A stretch of DNA of 64,000 nt from Octopus sinensis (lineage: Eukaryota), in contig NC_042997.1 of assembly GCF_006345805.1 (NCBI RefSeq), forward strand, positions 157,170,001 through 157,234,000, read 5' to 3'. The notes below the pieces were generated by a model, which was not told where the DNA came from, made no database searches, and saw only the letters and a list, made by a program, of their open reading frames with translations. A program made the position numbers and the translations under genes. The first letter of the stretch is position 1. Every line of letters begins with the position of its first letter. This document shows positions 12,313 through 24,723 of this stretch, piece after piece.

Positions 12313-13365
12313 TCATCTTAAGGTACTCTCTCTAATTAGTTGGGCTACAACCCTCTCCGTAACCTTCATTACCTGATCCAGCAGCTTGATGCCCCTGTAG
12401 TTATTTGTCTCTAGGGCGTCGCCTTTACCTTTGTAGCAGTTGACTATTATGCTGCTACACCAGTCATTGGGTATGACCCCCTCGTGTATCACCTGGTTAA
12501 CTATACGGGTGACTAAGCTATAGCCGACACCACCAGATATTTTGAGCATCTCTGCAGTAATTCCTGATGGGCCTGGGGCTTTCCCTTTTTCATGCTTCTA
12601 ATTGCCTTATCTACTAAGGAACTGTTAACTCGGATTGCTGGTCCCTCTGTTGGGTCGACATTCGGCAGACTCTCTTTATCCATTCATTTTCCTCATTCAG
12701 CAACCTTTCATAGTGGCATCTCCCAGCTTCTCTCTTTGCATCCTCATTTAACGCAAGTGAACCATCCTCCATGCGAACACATTTCTCCCTACCACGTCAC
12801 GATTCTCTCTCACACACTGTCTTGCAACACGAAATACCTCAAGTCTTTCATCCTCACGACGCAGGACATTGGCAAATTTTTCCTTATCTGCCTCCCCTCT
12901 GGCTAGATAGACCTGTCTCCTGGCTTCCCTTCTGGCAGACTGATACACTTCCCTGCTACCACCGTTCTTCCAGGCCTTCCAAGCCTGTTTCTTTTGTCTA
13001 ATAGCCCTGTCAACAATATTGTTCCACCACCACGTTATTTTGGGTCTTAAGGGGACTTTGCACCAGCCACAGATCTGGTCAGCGGCTTTCAGCAGGTTGT
13101 CCCTCAGAAGCGTCCAGTTGTCTTCTACCCCATGCGTAGCTATACTCCCTTCCATTTCGTCTAAGGCTTCAAATAACATATCTCTAAATCTCTGTCCATT
13201 CGCAGGGTCTTTAAGCTTCCAGACCCTTCTTCTCCATGTTGGTCGTCTTCTAGTCGCCCTCTTTGTCCTGATCCTAAAGTCACTAACTACCAGTCTATGT
13301 TGTGGGGTGCATTCTTCACCTGGGAAGGTTTTCAGCCACAAAGAGAGGTCCCTGTCGTTCGTCAA
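12313..13365 (-). pseudogene. RTE ORF linker and RT N-terminal part (frameshifted)
   Basis: QHRLVV, WWWNNIVDRAI, KAPGPSGITAEMLK, KGKGDALETNNYRGIKLL are distributed over at least three frames. Confidence 0.85.
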
Positions 13366-13379
13366 TGATGTGGGTCGCA

Positions 13380-13749
13380 GTAGGGTGTCATAGAAACAGT
13401 CTTTCTGTCCATCAGGTAGCCCTGGCTGAGGGGCATAGGCCGATATAATAGTTGCTAACTATGGTGGAGCACTAATCTAATCTTAATTATTCTGTCACTT
13501 ACTCTGACTACCTCGATACCTTATCTCCCATTTTTCGGCGATAAGCATGCCCACACCCCCGACTCCGTCAGTATTCCCAGCCCAGAAAATCTTGTACCTC
13601 TGTCCTTTGCCTGTGAGGAACCTAGCAGAACCTCCTCTCCACCTCACTTCTTGAATGCAGCATATATCAACCCACCTCCGTTCAAGCAATTCAACTATCT
13701 CGCCAGATCTGCCTTTCAGTGTGCCGACGTTGAGGGTGCCAACCCTGAG
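13380..13749 (-). pseudogene. RTE apurinic-like endonuclease N-terminal part (frameshifted, internally deleted)
   Basis: LRVGTLNVGTLKGRSGEIV...DICCIQEVRWRG...GVGGVGMLI, then ISAYAPQ in another frame; the central GDFN region is not seen. Confidence 0.8.
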
Positions 13750-14189
13750 GCTGTGGGTGGGGGTGGAAGTGGCATTGGTCCTAATAGCGTCATGTACCTG
13801 AAAAGAAAACTCGCGTTTGGCAGTATTCATAGACAAACAATGGAACTTAAGTTCAAACTCGTATACAACACTAAACATATCTTGCAATGACTGACCACTA
13901 CCTTTTACGGAAGGAGGTGGGGGTGGCGTAAGACTTTGAGTGTATAAGGGAGACAAGGATGAGAAAAATTTAGGACTTCCTGTACCGGTGGTGGGGGTGG
14001 GAGGGCGGGTGCACCGCGAAAACCGGGCGGCAGCCATTCCTTTCTTAGGAGAGAAATAGTTATTATATATATATATATATATATATAAAATTTATATTAT
14101 TATTTGATTGAACGCTACGTATCCATTTCCAAGTAAGTTTATCTTAATCATAAGTATGGCACTTATTCCATCGTTTTTTTTTTTGAGGA

Positions 14190-14440
14190 GCCACTAAGTT
14201 ACGGAGACGTAAACACATCAACACCGGTTGTGAAGCAGTAAGTGGGGTGGGGGCACAAACGCAAACACCAAGACACACACACATGCATGCGACGGGCTTT
14301 TAGTGTCAGCCTACCACAACCACTCACAAGGCTTTGAGGTAGAGCAGAAGACATTTTGTTAAGGTGCCACGCTATGATTCTGAACCCGGAAACATATGAT
14401 TGGGAAAAGAGTTTCTTACTACACAGCTACGCCTGCGGCT
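14190..14440 (-). mobile_element. SINE family A, degenerate
   Basis: aagttacggagacgtaaacac, gacgggctttt, aaggtgccacgc, ctgaacccggaa match family A. Confidence 0.7.
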
Positions 14441-17400
14441 ATAGTCATATTTTCTCAGTACCTACCATTCTCTATATATATACCTCATCTATGTCTCACT
14501 TCTTCCCTTACCCTTCCTCTCACCTGTTTATTTCTTCCGTATTATACGCACCTGTTCTCTCTGTTTCCTTCATTTGTCTCCTGATGTACGTGCACATCTT
14601 TGACTTTTCCTAGCCTTCTCCACCTGTTACTCCAAATTCTGGTAGAACACATTGCTAGATGAAATAGAAATAGCAGACAAATCTCCTCCAAGGAAAGGAG
14701 AGATGCGTAGTTGATTGACCTTGGCGAGATTTAAACTCAGAATGCAGAGGGCCGTAACTAAATACCGCATGACATTCTGTCCGGTTCTCTTCTGACTCAT
14801 CCAGTTTACCACCTGTTAATATGAACCTTATTCATATTCGATATAATCAAGACATTAGGCCATCGCAGTTAATATCCTGTTTCGTCCCATCCTATACTGA
14901 ATTCAAATCCATCTGGTGTCAACTCTTTCTTATCAAATAAAGGCCAAAACTATAATGTGTTAATTCAGTTTACGTTTGTACACTCTAAATACAAAATTAA
15001 ATTTTCGTTCGGGCAGACTTATCTTTAGTTTAATTTCCGCTTGTGATAATACCATCTTTTGGGTCGATATCTGTGGTTGCACTGTTTGATATAACCATTT
15101 TTTTTTCCTTTCTTTCAGTCCAGAATATTGTGAATCGAAAGAGATTTTGATTGCTATTTCTAGCAGTGCTACGATGTAGATGCTTCTCTGTTGGCAAGTC
15201 GACGGTGAGCTGATGTGGTTCTTGTAAAGATTGAACACCTGTAGTACGGTATTTGCAGGAAAACTGTTTGTAGACATTCTTCTACCTACCAGCTGGAAAT
15301 GGGCACACGTGACAGCTTTAGCGTTAGCCTTGCATCGGACTGATATCCTGTTCCGTGTTGGTAGGTTGTCTTGTTCTCTCAGTTAATTAATTCTTCAGAA
15401 ACCGGGATAGCCTTCGACCTAATGAGCTAGCTTTTTGACTCGGAATAATCTTTTAACAGCACAAATTTTATACTAACTGTTTCGTCTGCGCCTCGACCTC
15501 TCTGGGAGGTCATTTCTGTATGAAAAAATTAAACCTGTGATATAGGTTTTCATATCTCGGCTCATAATAAAAATTATAACTATGTATCGAAGAAGACGTA
15601 GGTTTACGATATTTTAGTTATAAACACATACACACACACACCTCCAAGCGTGCTTATACATTAACAAGCTTCTGTCCTCCTTGGGCCCCGAGCGCTACGT
15701 GGAATCGTAACAACGTCGTTGTAACATACAGCGTGTCATGAACAAATTAAACCTGGTCATAGCCCCATACAAACACATGAGTGTGTGTGTGTGTGTGTGT
15801 ATTCATTCCCCTCATACGCACATGCACACACGCATTTATAAAACTTTGTGTTTAATTACACTGGTTATTTACACATTCTAGCAAAACTCGAGATACACTG
15901 ATCGTATATATGGTGTTTGTACATGTTACATGTGAGTATGTATGTGGCAGTAATTAGAATTTGACGCAAGTCTCACATGTAAGCTTTCATGCAGCTTGTC
16001 TCTTCCTTATGTAATGCATATTAGCCTCGTTTTAAAATTGTAATGATGGGAAGGATGACTTGAAAGATGGCAGCAGTAGTAATAGATGGCTTTTGCTAGA
16101 TTATACAGATAACAGAATTCAGGTAATTCACAGCTGGTCTAAAGAATATTTTAGAAAATGCACTTTGAGAATGTGGGAACAAGGTAAGTCGATACCGATA
16201 CTGGAGATGATGATGATGATAATGATGATGACGACGACGAAGAGGAGGAACTGAAAAAATGCAAGGGGAGCCAGGAGGTTTTATATTAATTATAGTGATG
16301 AAAAGTAGGAAAAATAATCTTGACCTCCCCCCACCATATACAGGTACATAGACATACACTGTACTAAAGATTCTAGTGTAGGGACGACCTAAATACTTTA
16401 AAGTCCATTTTATAAATATGGCGGTGTAGGTTCGTACCTCTGTTGTTTGCATTAGATTTCATATTCTATGATACAAAAATAATTCAGTTCTCGCAGTAAA
16501 ACTTATCGACACTTACTACTAAATTCTTTCAAATCCCACCACTAAATTTTAGAAGGGACACATTCGAAAGCATGCCCCTAAAAATGTAGTCCTGTTTAAA
16601 AAAACGGATGTACTAGATGATGTGATCTTTGATATACTATAAACGACAAACTGGCTGGTCATGGCTGGGATGCCTAAGATGGAAGGTTTCCTCGATCAGG
16701 GTTCATCTAAATTAAACAATAAAAGCAACAACTCTTGGTATTTTTTTTATTAAGCCTACATTTGTCTCTATCAAAAATATGGCGACACATTCTTTCAGCT
16801 AACAATATGCTGAAGGCTCAATGATACAACATACATGATTTGGTCTATTCGATTTATTGCAAGCATGACTACGTGATACAGAAGTTCGCTTTATGACGCG
16901 GTTCCATATTCAATCACACCGTCCGATTTCTAGAGTAAAATTCTAATGCCACAGATTCAAAGAGTTAGTAGATGCCCGGTTAAAGACACTCACCTGATTC
17001 ACATGTGTCTTTAGCAGAGTTTACTCCGTTTCAAAAATTCATGCCAGGTCTCCTGTATGAGAAAAATTTCACCCTTCCTCCGATCCGCTGTGGCGGCCTA
17101 AAACGATGATGACCTATTTCTTTCCGCCCTAAACTAAACCATAAAATAATCAATAATAATTTAATCAAGAAAACCAAGAAAAGGTTCAGCAAAGACATTA
17201 CTATAACGTGTATGACACTAGCATATTGAGAGTAAGGAAACGAAACATGACCAGCACATGACATTAACCATTGCGCGTAGTCAGTCTGGTACATAAAGTA
17301 TTTGTCCTTTATATTGCATATGTATATGTCTCATTTCTATACATTTCTATGTAAATCTGACATAGTATGTAATAAAGTTAAAATGTAATAGTGATCTACT

Positions 17401-17907
17401 TGTTCATTAATTGTGAAGGCTGAAGTATCTAACCTGCTCATGTAAACCAAATTACACCCTAGTTTCAAGTTAGTCAGACACACCATAACATATTCTTCTC
17501 TTCTAATTTCCATGTATGTTTTGTCGCAAATTTAAGTGCAGAGTGAATTATGTGCTTGGTGCAAGACACACTATATAGTGCAAGTGATGGAATACGAACT
17601 AGTGTCAGTCAAAAGACCGTAACTGTAGTCGATCGCTATGAATGATTCACAAGCTAGGTAAAATTAAGAAATGAAATGCTAACCGACTTTAGCCCTTCCA
17701 AGAGTGCTGGTACATATATGTCCTACATATATATCCCATGAGTATTACCTAAAAGCCTAGTGGGAATATATCACAAAAAGTCTTATTTTCTTTTTCCAGC
17801 CCAAGGACTCATAAGGCCGACTACACGGTTTCCACGGCGCGTAAGTAACCAAGATCACAACATTCTCAGCCCTGGACGGGAACACCGTTCCGTTGCATGG
17901 TTCAAAG

Positions 17908-18094
17908 CCAGGCATTTTGAAGGGAGATGGCAAGTCAATAATATCGAACCTAGTATTGGATTAGTACTTTATTTTATGGGGATGAACAACAAAGTTGACC
18001 TCGGTGGCATTTCAACTCAGAACATAAAGTGCCGGAAGAAATGCCGCTAAGCATTTTGTCTGACTTGCTAACGATTCTGCCAGCATTCCGCCTT
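17908..18094 (-). mobile_element. SINE family B1
   Basis: aaagttgacctcggtggcatttcaactcagaac and gccgctaagcattttg...gctaacgattctgccagc. Confidence 0.75.
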
Positions 18095-18931
18095 CAAAAA
18101 GTAGTTATATCATTTCATATTCGACTTCTAAAGTTTGTAAATCTTTGGCAACATTTTTTCACACGACGAACAAAAACGAAAGCAACCGGAAGTTGTTGCT
18201 CCATATTTGAACGAGGAGGGTCATGTTAACAATACTTCACAGAAATTGCTTTATTTCGTTCATTCAAGAAAGTTTAGTGTTATTATTTTATCACATAGTA
18301 ATACATTTAAAAATATTTTCTCGGTTTATCTGCCATTTCAAAGGAATAGTTTGTTTTATAAATATTTACTCAGAAAAAAGCAGCTCTGGTATGACACAGT
18401 CCCAGCAGGCATGTCATCATTATAATATTTTTATGATAACTAAAAATACAAATGAGTTTTATATAAAAGTAACTTTTAGGTGCAAATCAAACTCACCCAA
18501 AATACATATTGTATGTTTAAAAAATAATTTCACGAATGCAACCACGATGATGGTTGTAGCGCATATAACCACATAGCATAATCAAAATATCAACAACAGC
18601 TATTGATGTTTTAAGGTAATTACTGTTACTGTTAATGTTTAAACCTATGCCCAGCAGACTTTTAATGAGACATTCCTGCCTTGACCGTCGCGTCCTTTTT
18701 CTCTATTTTGCGTAATATAGGATCTTGTTAATTTTTTCCAAACACAATATTTAAAATTTTCTCCAGATATTTTTTTCGAATTTGTTTTCAGTGAGTCGTC
18801 AGCCTTAGCATATTTGCAAAATCTTGATGTTTGCAAATTCTAATTTGTCTTCGTTCATTACTACTATCACCTGATTTAACAACCACTCTCTCTTTCTGTC
18901 ACATGTAAGGATATTTATAGGATTGCATAAA

Positions 18932-19497
18932 TATTGGGTTGCCCGGAAAGTTCGTGCCGATTTTTAAAGGAAAGAAAAGGACTCAATAAATACTTACCAT
19001 TTCAATTTTAATCAACAAAATATGAACCATTTTGTTGCACAATGCGTCTCCATCTTTCCTTTAACTTGAAAATACCCTCTTCCCAGAATTGAGATGGTTT
19101 CATGGCAAAGAGTTCCTCAAGGTATCTTTTTACGTCATCCAAGGAATTGAAATTTTTACCATTAAGACTATTCTGCAGAGACCTGGATAAGTGGAATTCC
19201 GGAGCAACATCTGGTGAATATGGAGGGTGGGGGTAACACATCCCAGTCGAGCTGCAGCAATTTCTGTCTGGTTCCCAAACCAAGTGCCGAAAATGAACTT
19301 TCTTATCTTCTAATTTAAAGGGTTACAGAATTAACATAGGTTATAGGAACATAAACCTTCTTCCACGAAAAGATAGCTTAAACTGTGCTCTAAATGGAGG
19401 TGTAGTCATATCCTATTTTATGGACTCAACCATGTTCTAAAATAAGTCGAAAGGTAAGCTACTATAAATCTGCACGAACTTTCCGGACGACCCAATA
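18932..19497 (-). mobile_element. Internally deleted mariner transposon (cecropia/Hsmar1-like)
   Basis: TIRs ttgggttgcccggaaagttcgtgc and gcacgaactttccggacgacccaa with TA on both sides; transposase C-terminus HPPYSPDVAP...KLKERWRRIVQQNGSYFVD and N-terminal EDKKVHFRH. Confidence 0.9.
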
Positions 19498-19703
19498 AAT
19501 GGATATCTAGTAAAAGAACTTATAGGCAAGCCAGACTATTTATCAGGGCGATAACCTAATTTATGACTACTATATAAGCAAGTGATTTGAGCTATTAGTT
19601 GGAGAAAGAAATCAGGGACGTCTCCTTCGAGGAACGGACAACTGCCTTTGGAACGGTTCGTCAGGAAACACTCTCTAACATTACATCGCACAAAAATATT
19701 ATA

Positions 19704-19898
19704 GGCAGATGAGTAGTTGTGTGGTAAGAAGCTTGCTTCTCAACCACATGGTTCCGATCTCAGACCCACTGTGTGGCATCTTGGGCAAGTATCTTCTACT
19801 TTAACGGCGGACCGTGAGTGGATTTGGTAGACGGAAGGTGGAAAAAGCCCGCCGTATACCTATCTATCTATCTATCTATCTATCTACCTATCTATCTA

Positions 19899-19946
<48 letters not shown>

Positions 19947-20019
19947 CCTACCTACCTACCTACATACCTACCTACATACCTACCTACCTACCTACCTACC
20001 TACCTACCTACCTACCTAC

Positions 20020-20074
<55 letters not shown>

Positions 20075-20352
20075 CCTACCTACCTACCTACCTATCTATC
20101 CATCTACCTACCTACCTATCTATCTATGTGTGTGTGTTTATTCCCCCTCACCGCTTGACAACAAGTATTAGTGTGTTTACGTCTCTGTTACGCAGCAGTT
20201 CGGCCAAAGAGACCGATAGAATAAAGACCAAGCTTAGCAAAAAAAAAAGACAAAAAAGAGAAAAAAGAGAAAAAAAAGAGAAAAAATAAGTACTAGAGTC
20301 TTCAAGGTGGTGCCCCAGCATGGTCGCAGTCTAATGACTTAAACAAGTAAAA
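19704..20352 (+). mobile_element. SINE family A with expanded internal (CCTA/TCTA/TCTG)n
   Basis: Head gtagttgtgtggtaagaagcttgc, ttgggcaagtatcttctact, tail ggtggtgccccagcatggtcgcagtctaatgact. Confidence 0.85.
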
Positions 20353-21060
20353 TGTAACAGATAAAATATTTATACACACACACACACATATATGGATTTA
20401 GAATCCGAGCAGGTACATTTTAGCACTTTGATATAATCCGGGTTCTGGCTAATGACGTCGAGTGACAGGGAACGTACAGAATTGTTTGAGATAATCAATT
20501 ACGCGGCACTCGTCTCAATGGGTAAATCCTGAGTTTGCTTCATTGTATTTTATACAGCATAGAGGGCATATAATCAAGACATCATAAAGAAGAATGGAGA
20601 ATTATTGTTTATTACGGTATTATTCTCATTAAATGAGCATTAGATTTCAATCCGATGGGTATTTTAGCAGAAACACGTGTCGGATTGGGATTGTGATGTA
20701 GTTAACCTGACTAAGCAATGAAACGAAATTGAGTGATAATAGACCTTATATTAGAAGTCAATATATTGTCAATAGCACATATATACATGGAAGGAAAGAG
20801 AGACCTGAAGCAGAGAAGGAATGCCGTTGAAGAGGCCGCAAATGGTGACGGAAAGGAATTTGACAAGTCTACATGATTGATTGATAATTAACGAACTGAT
20901 GAATAAAAAAAATGAAATGCAACGATTGCGTGTGCTTACAATTGGTATACTGACCCTCCAAGGATAGAATTATAATCTGTGACAACACACATTTACAACA
21001 AAAGTCTTGGAAGTGGTTTTATACATACACATACATACGCGCGTGCGTAGAAATATATAT

Positions 21061-21106
<46 letters not shown>

Positions 21107-21222
21107 TGTATGTATGTATGTATGTGTATATATATATATGTAGAGGTATATATATGTATATATGTATATGTACATATACATATGTATATATATGTATACG
21201 TATATATAAATGAATATATATG

Positions 21223-21356
<134 letters not shown>

Positions 21357-21477
21357 ATATATAATAAAAATAAGAAACGTGGGAGTATAATGAATATAGA
21401 TTAATTTCATTTAATCAACATTGCCTACAATTGTTTTAATTTACACTCAATTCAAATTACAAAATATATGATCTAAT

Positions 21478-21641
21478 AGGTGAAGGAGTGACGGTGTGAT
21501 AAGAAGCTTGCTTCCCAACCACATGGTTCCGGGTTCAGCCCCACTGCGGGCACCTTGGGCAGGTGTCTTCTACTATAGCCTCGTGGAAGTGTCTTCTACT
21601 AAACCCTTGTGAGTGGATTTGGTAGACGGAAACTGAAAGAC
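21478..21641 (+). mobile_element. SINE family A 5' half
   Basis: gaaggagtgacggtgtgataagaagcttgcttcccaaccacatggttccgggttcagcccc. Confidence 0.8.
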
Positions 21642-21711
21642 ACACACAAATGCAGTCACACACACACACACACACATACACACACAAACACATGCACACA
21701 CACATAGACAC

Positions 21712-21860
21712 GAGTTTCATCTTTCAGTTTCCGTCTACTAAAAGCATTCATAAGACATTGGTCGGCCCAACGCTTGAAAAGAAGGTGCCACACGGTGGGA
21801 TTGAACCCGGAACCATATGGTTAGGAAGCAAGCTTCTTACCACACAATGACACTTGCGCC
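21712..21860 (-). mobile_element. SINE family A 5' half, inverted relative to 21478-21641
   Basis: ctttcagtttccgtctac...gaacccggaaccatatggttaggaagcaagcttcttaccacac. Confidence 0.8.
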
Positions 21861-21861
21861 A

Positions 21862-21924
<63 letters not shown>

Positions 21925-21927
<3 letters not shown>

Positions 21928-23638
21928 TATTATAAAAGGCAGATTTTATCTGCCTCCCTTGGGAGTTATACAAATCTACAATATAGGATTTCTTCAATTA
22001 CAATTTACCTAGCATTTTTAGAGTACAATGCATCGCGTCATGCCAGGTCCAGTTTTTAAAATTTAAACTCCAATTAAGCAAAATTTACAGAAAACTCACA
22101 TTCTGGTGTGTGTGTCAAATGCTTTTCTTAGTCTGGTTTACACCACACGCAAACGCACACACACACAAAGGGAGCGAATTGTTTCACTGACGCTATCACC
22201 CTTCTCCTCCTTTGTCTTTGCAAGTTTGCAGCTATTAAAGTGAAAACAGTGAATCCGACAGCGATAAAGAAAACGAATTGGTACCTGAATGGAGTGAAAA
22301 TTTAAAAACTGTTTCTTTCGGTGAGTTTTCTGAAGAAACTGGACCAAGCCACAGACTTTCCCAGAAGAGTAAAGCCTTAGACTATTTCTATTTACTTTTT
22401 CGAATGAGCCTATTTGAAATCATTACGCTAAACGTAAACAAACCGAAAGAAAAAGAAAGGATAGTTTGTTATTTCCCACAACCTTAAATGAAATTAAGGC
22501 CTATTTTGCCATAAATATTATTATGGGTATCAGAAAGTTACCCAGAATAACAAATTCTATTGTAAAATTTTGTTGTATACCCAATTGAATATTAGCTAAT
22601 AACCCATTTTCTATAGCGATGTTTGAACAAAATTTTAATAATTTTACAGAAAGTTACCCAGAATAACAAATTCTATCGTAAAATTTTGTTGTATACCCAA
22701 TTGAATATTAGCTAATAACCCATTTTCTATAGCGATGTTTGAACAAAATTTTAATAATTTTACAGAAAGTTACCCAGAATAACAAATTCTATCGTAAAAT
22801 TTTGTTGTATACCCAATTGAATATTAGCTAATAACCCATTTTCTATAGCGATGTTTGAACAAAATTTAATAATTTTACAGAAAGTTACCCAGATAACAAA
22901 TTCTATCGTAAAATTTTGTTGTATACCCAATTGAATATTAGCTAATAACCCATTTTCTATAGCGATGTTGAACAAAATTTTAATAATTTTACAGAAAGTT
23001 ACCCAGTATAACAAATTCTATCGTAAAATTTTGTTGTATACCCAATGAATATTAGCTAATAACCCATTTTCTATAGCGATGTTTGAACAAAATTTTAATA
23101 ATTTTACAGAAAGTTACCCAGAATAACAAATTCTATCGTAAAATTTTGTTGTATACCCAATTGAATATTAGCTAATAACCCATTTTCTATAGCGATGTTT
23201 GAACAAAATTTTAATAATTTTACAGAAAGTTACCCAGAATAACAAATTCTATCGTAAAATTTTGTTGTATACCCAATTGAATATTAGCTAATAACCCATT
23301 TTCTATAGCGATGTTGAACAAAATTTAATATTTTACAGAAAGTTACCCAGAATAACAAACGAGCCCTTCTGGGTATTAGCGCGCGTCTACGATGAGTCTA
23401 CGATTTTAAAAAAAATTACCATCATATTTTTCCATTTTAATGCATTTTTTTCGCTTTATATAAGGGAAGTAAGTAACTCTCTAAAAATATCTACAATGTG
23501 TCAACAATTTAAAGGAAAATTTACCTTAATTTTTTTCAATTTTTAATGCATTTTTTGCTACTTTTGGCTATAACTCTCTAAAAAGCTTATATAGTTATTT
23601 CCCTTACAAACCCGAGCAACGCCGGGCGATACTGCTAG
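21925..23638 (+). mobile_element. Non-autonomous Helitron
   Basis: 5' A|TC start (tcttattataaaa), 3' hairpin cccgagcaacgccggg 8 nt before CTAG|T; inserted in a (TA)n tract; no Rep/Hel ORF. Confidence 0.75.
22531..23360. repeat. Tandem array, ~116-bp unit, ~7.2 copies
   Basis: Unit starts cagaaagttaccc at 22531, 22647, 22763, 22878, 22992, 23107, 23223 and 23336. Confidence 0.97.
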
Positions 23639-23689
23639 TATATATATAAAATATGAATTAGAGATAAAACCACTATTATGCAACTCAAC

Positions 23690-23725
<36 letters not shown>

Positions 23726-23796
23726 GTTTTTATCCTTGTTATATCAGCATGCAAAACTAAATGCAATATCAATTAAATAGACTGGACCTTTAGGGA

Positions 23797-24574
23797 TTGC
23801 AATCCCAGAGACACAGACCTAGGATTTACATGAGTAATGATGCATCCTTCCCTGTAGATGTTGCTAAGTTGGCAATGAAATGCCGGCAGCCGACCGGAGA
23901 TCAGGAAACCATGATGGTCTTCTGTGGGACATTTGTCATAAGCCACTTTGACTATTGCTCCCAGCTATGGTCACCAACATGTGTAAAATAAATTAATTGC
24001 AGAACTTGAGGCAATCCAACGAAGCTACATGAAGAAGAAAGCCTCTATGAAGCATATAAGCTACTGGGACAGATCTCAAGAGATTGAAACTCTATCCCCT
24101 AGAGCATAGGATGGAAAGATATGCCATAATATACATCTGGAAGATCCTAGAGGGACTTGTTCCAAACTTTGGCATCGAGAGTTACACTAATGCTATTACA
24201 GGGCGCCACTGCATAGTGCCAAAGACTCCAACTTTGCCATCAAGATATAGGACAAGATATTGCAACAGCCTGGGCTTTAGAGACCACAGCTCCTCAATAA
24301 CCTCCCGAACAACCCGATAAACCTACATGGGGTGGATGTAAGTGTCTTCAAATTGAAACTAGACTTCTTGTTGTCAAGTGTCCCGGATGAACCAACTACA
24401 TAGCAGAAAGTGCAGATGGGGGCAGCAACTTCAAACTCCTTCATGCAGCAAGCATCAATTTTTTAAAAAAAGAATTAATGAAGTAAAATTATGTAGCAAC
24501 GCCAAATGCAGTGCCCCTGCATGGCCACAGCTCATGAGCTGAAAGTAGAGATCAAATGAAATAATAATAATAAT

Positions 24575-24580
<6 letters not shown>
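23797..24580 (+). mobile_element. CR1/L2-group LINE 3' fragment (degenerate)
   Basis: FVISHFDYCSQLWSP and LEHRMERYAIIYIWKILEGLVPN are typical of the C-terminus downstream of RT in this group; ends in a hairpin tail and (ATA)n. Confidence 0.75.
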
Positions 24581-24631
<51 letters not shown>

Positions 24632-24632
24632 A

Positions 24633-24723
<91 letters not shown>

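Larger units (their letters stand above)
9321..14050 (-). mobile_element. RTE-clade LINE, near full length but degenerate
   Basis: APE endonuclease N-terminus (LRVGTLNVGTLKG, DICCIQEVRW), RT motifs, (GAT)n tail at 9321-9344, and RTE-type 3' motif ggatgcccttcc (plus strand 9450). The 5' boundary is approximate. Confidence 0.9.

Noticed and set aside
13900-14050. HDV-like ribozyme in the GC-rich RTE 5' region
   Set aside because: A candidate P3/L3 (ccg-gttttcg-cgg) exists, but I could not find a matching P1 5' strand or P2, so the nested double pseudoknot could not be built by eye.
22531-23360. 116-bp array as a CRISPR array or coding repeat
   Set aside because: The units are head-to-tail identical without spacers, and their length is not a multiple of 3.
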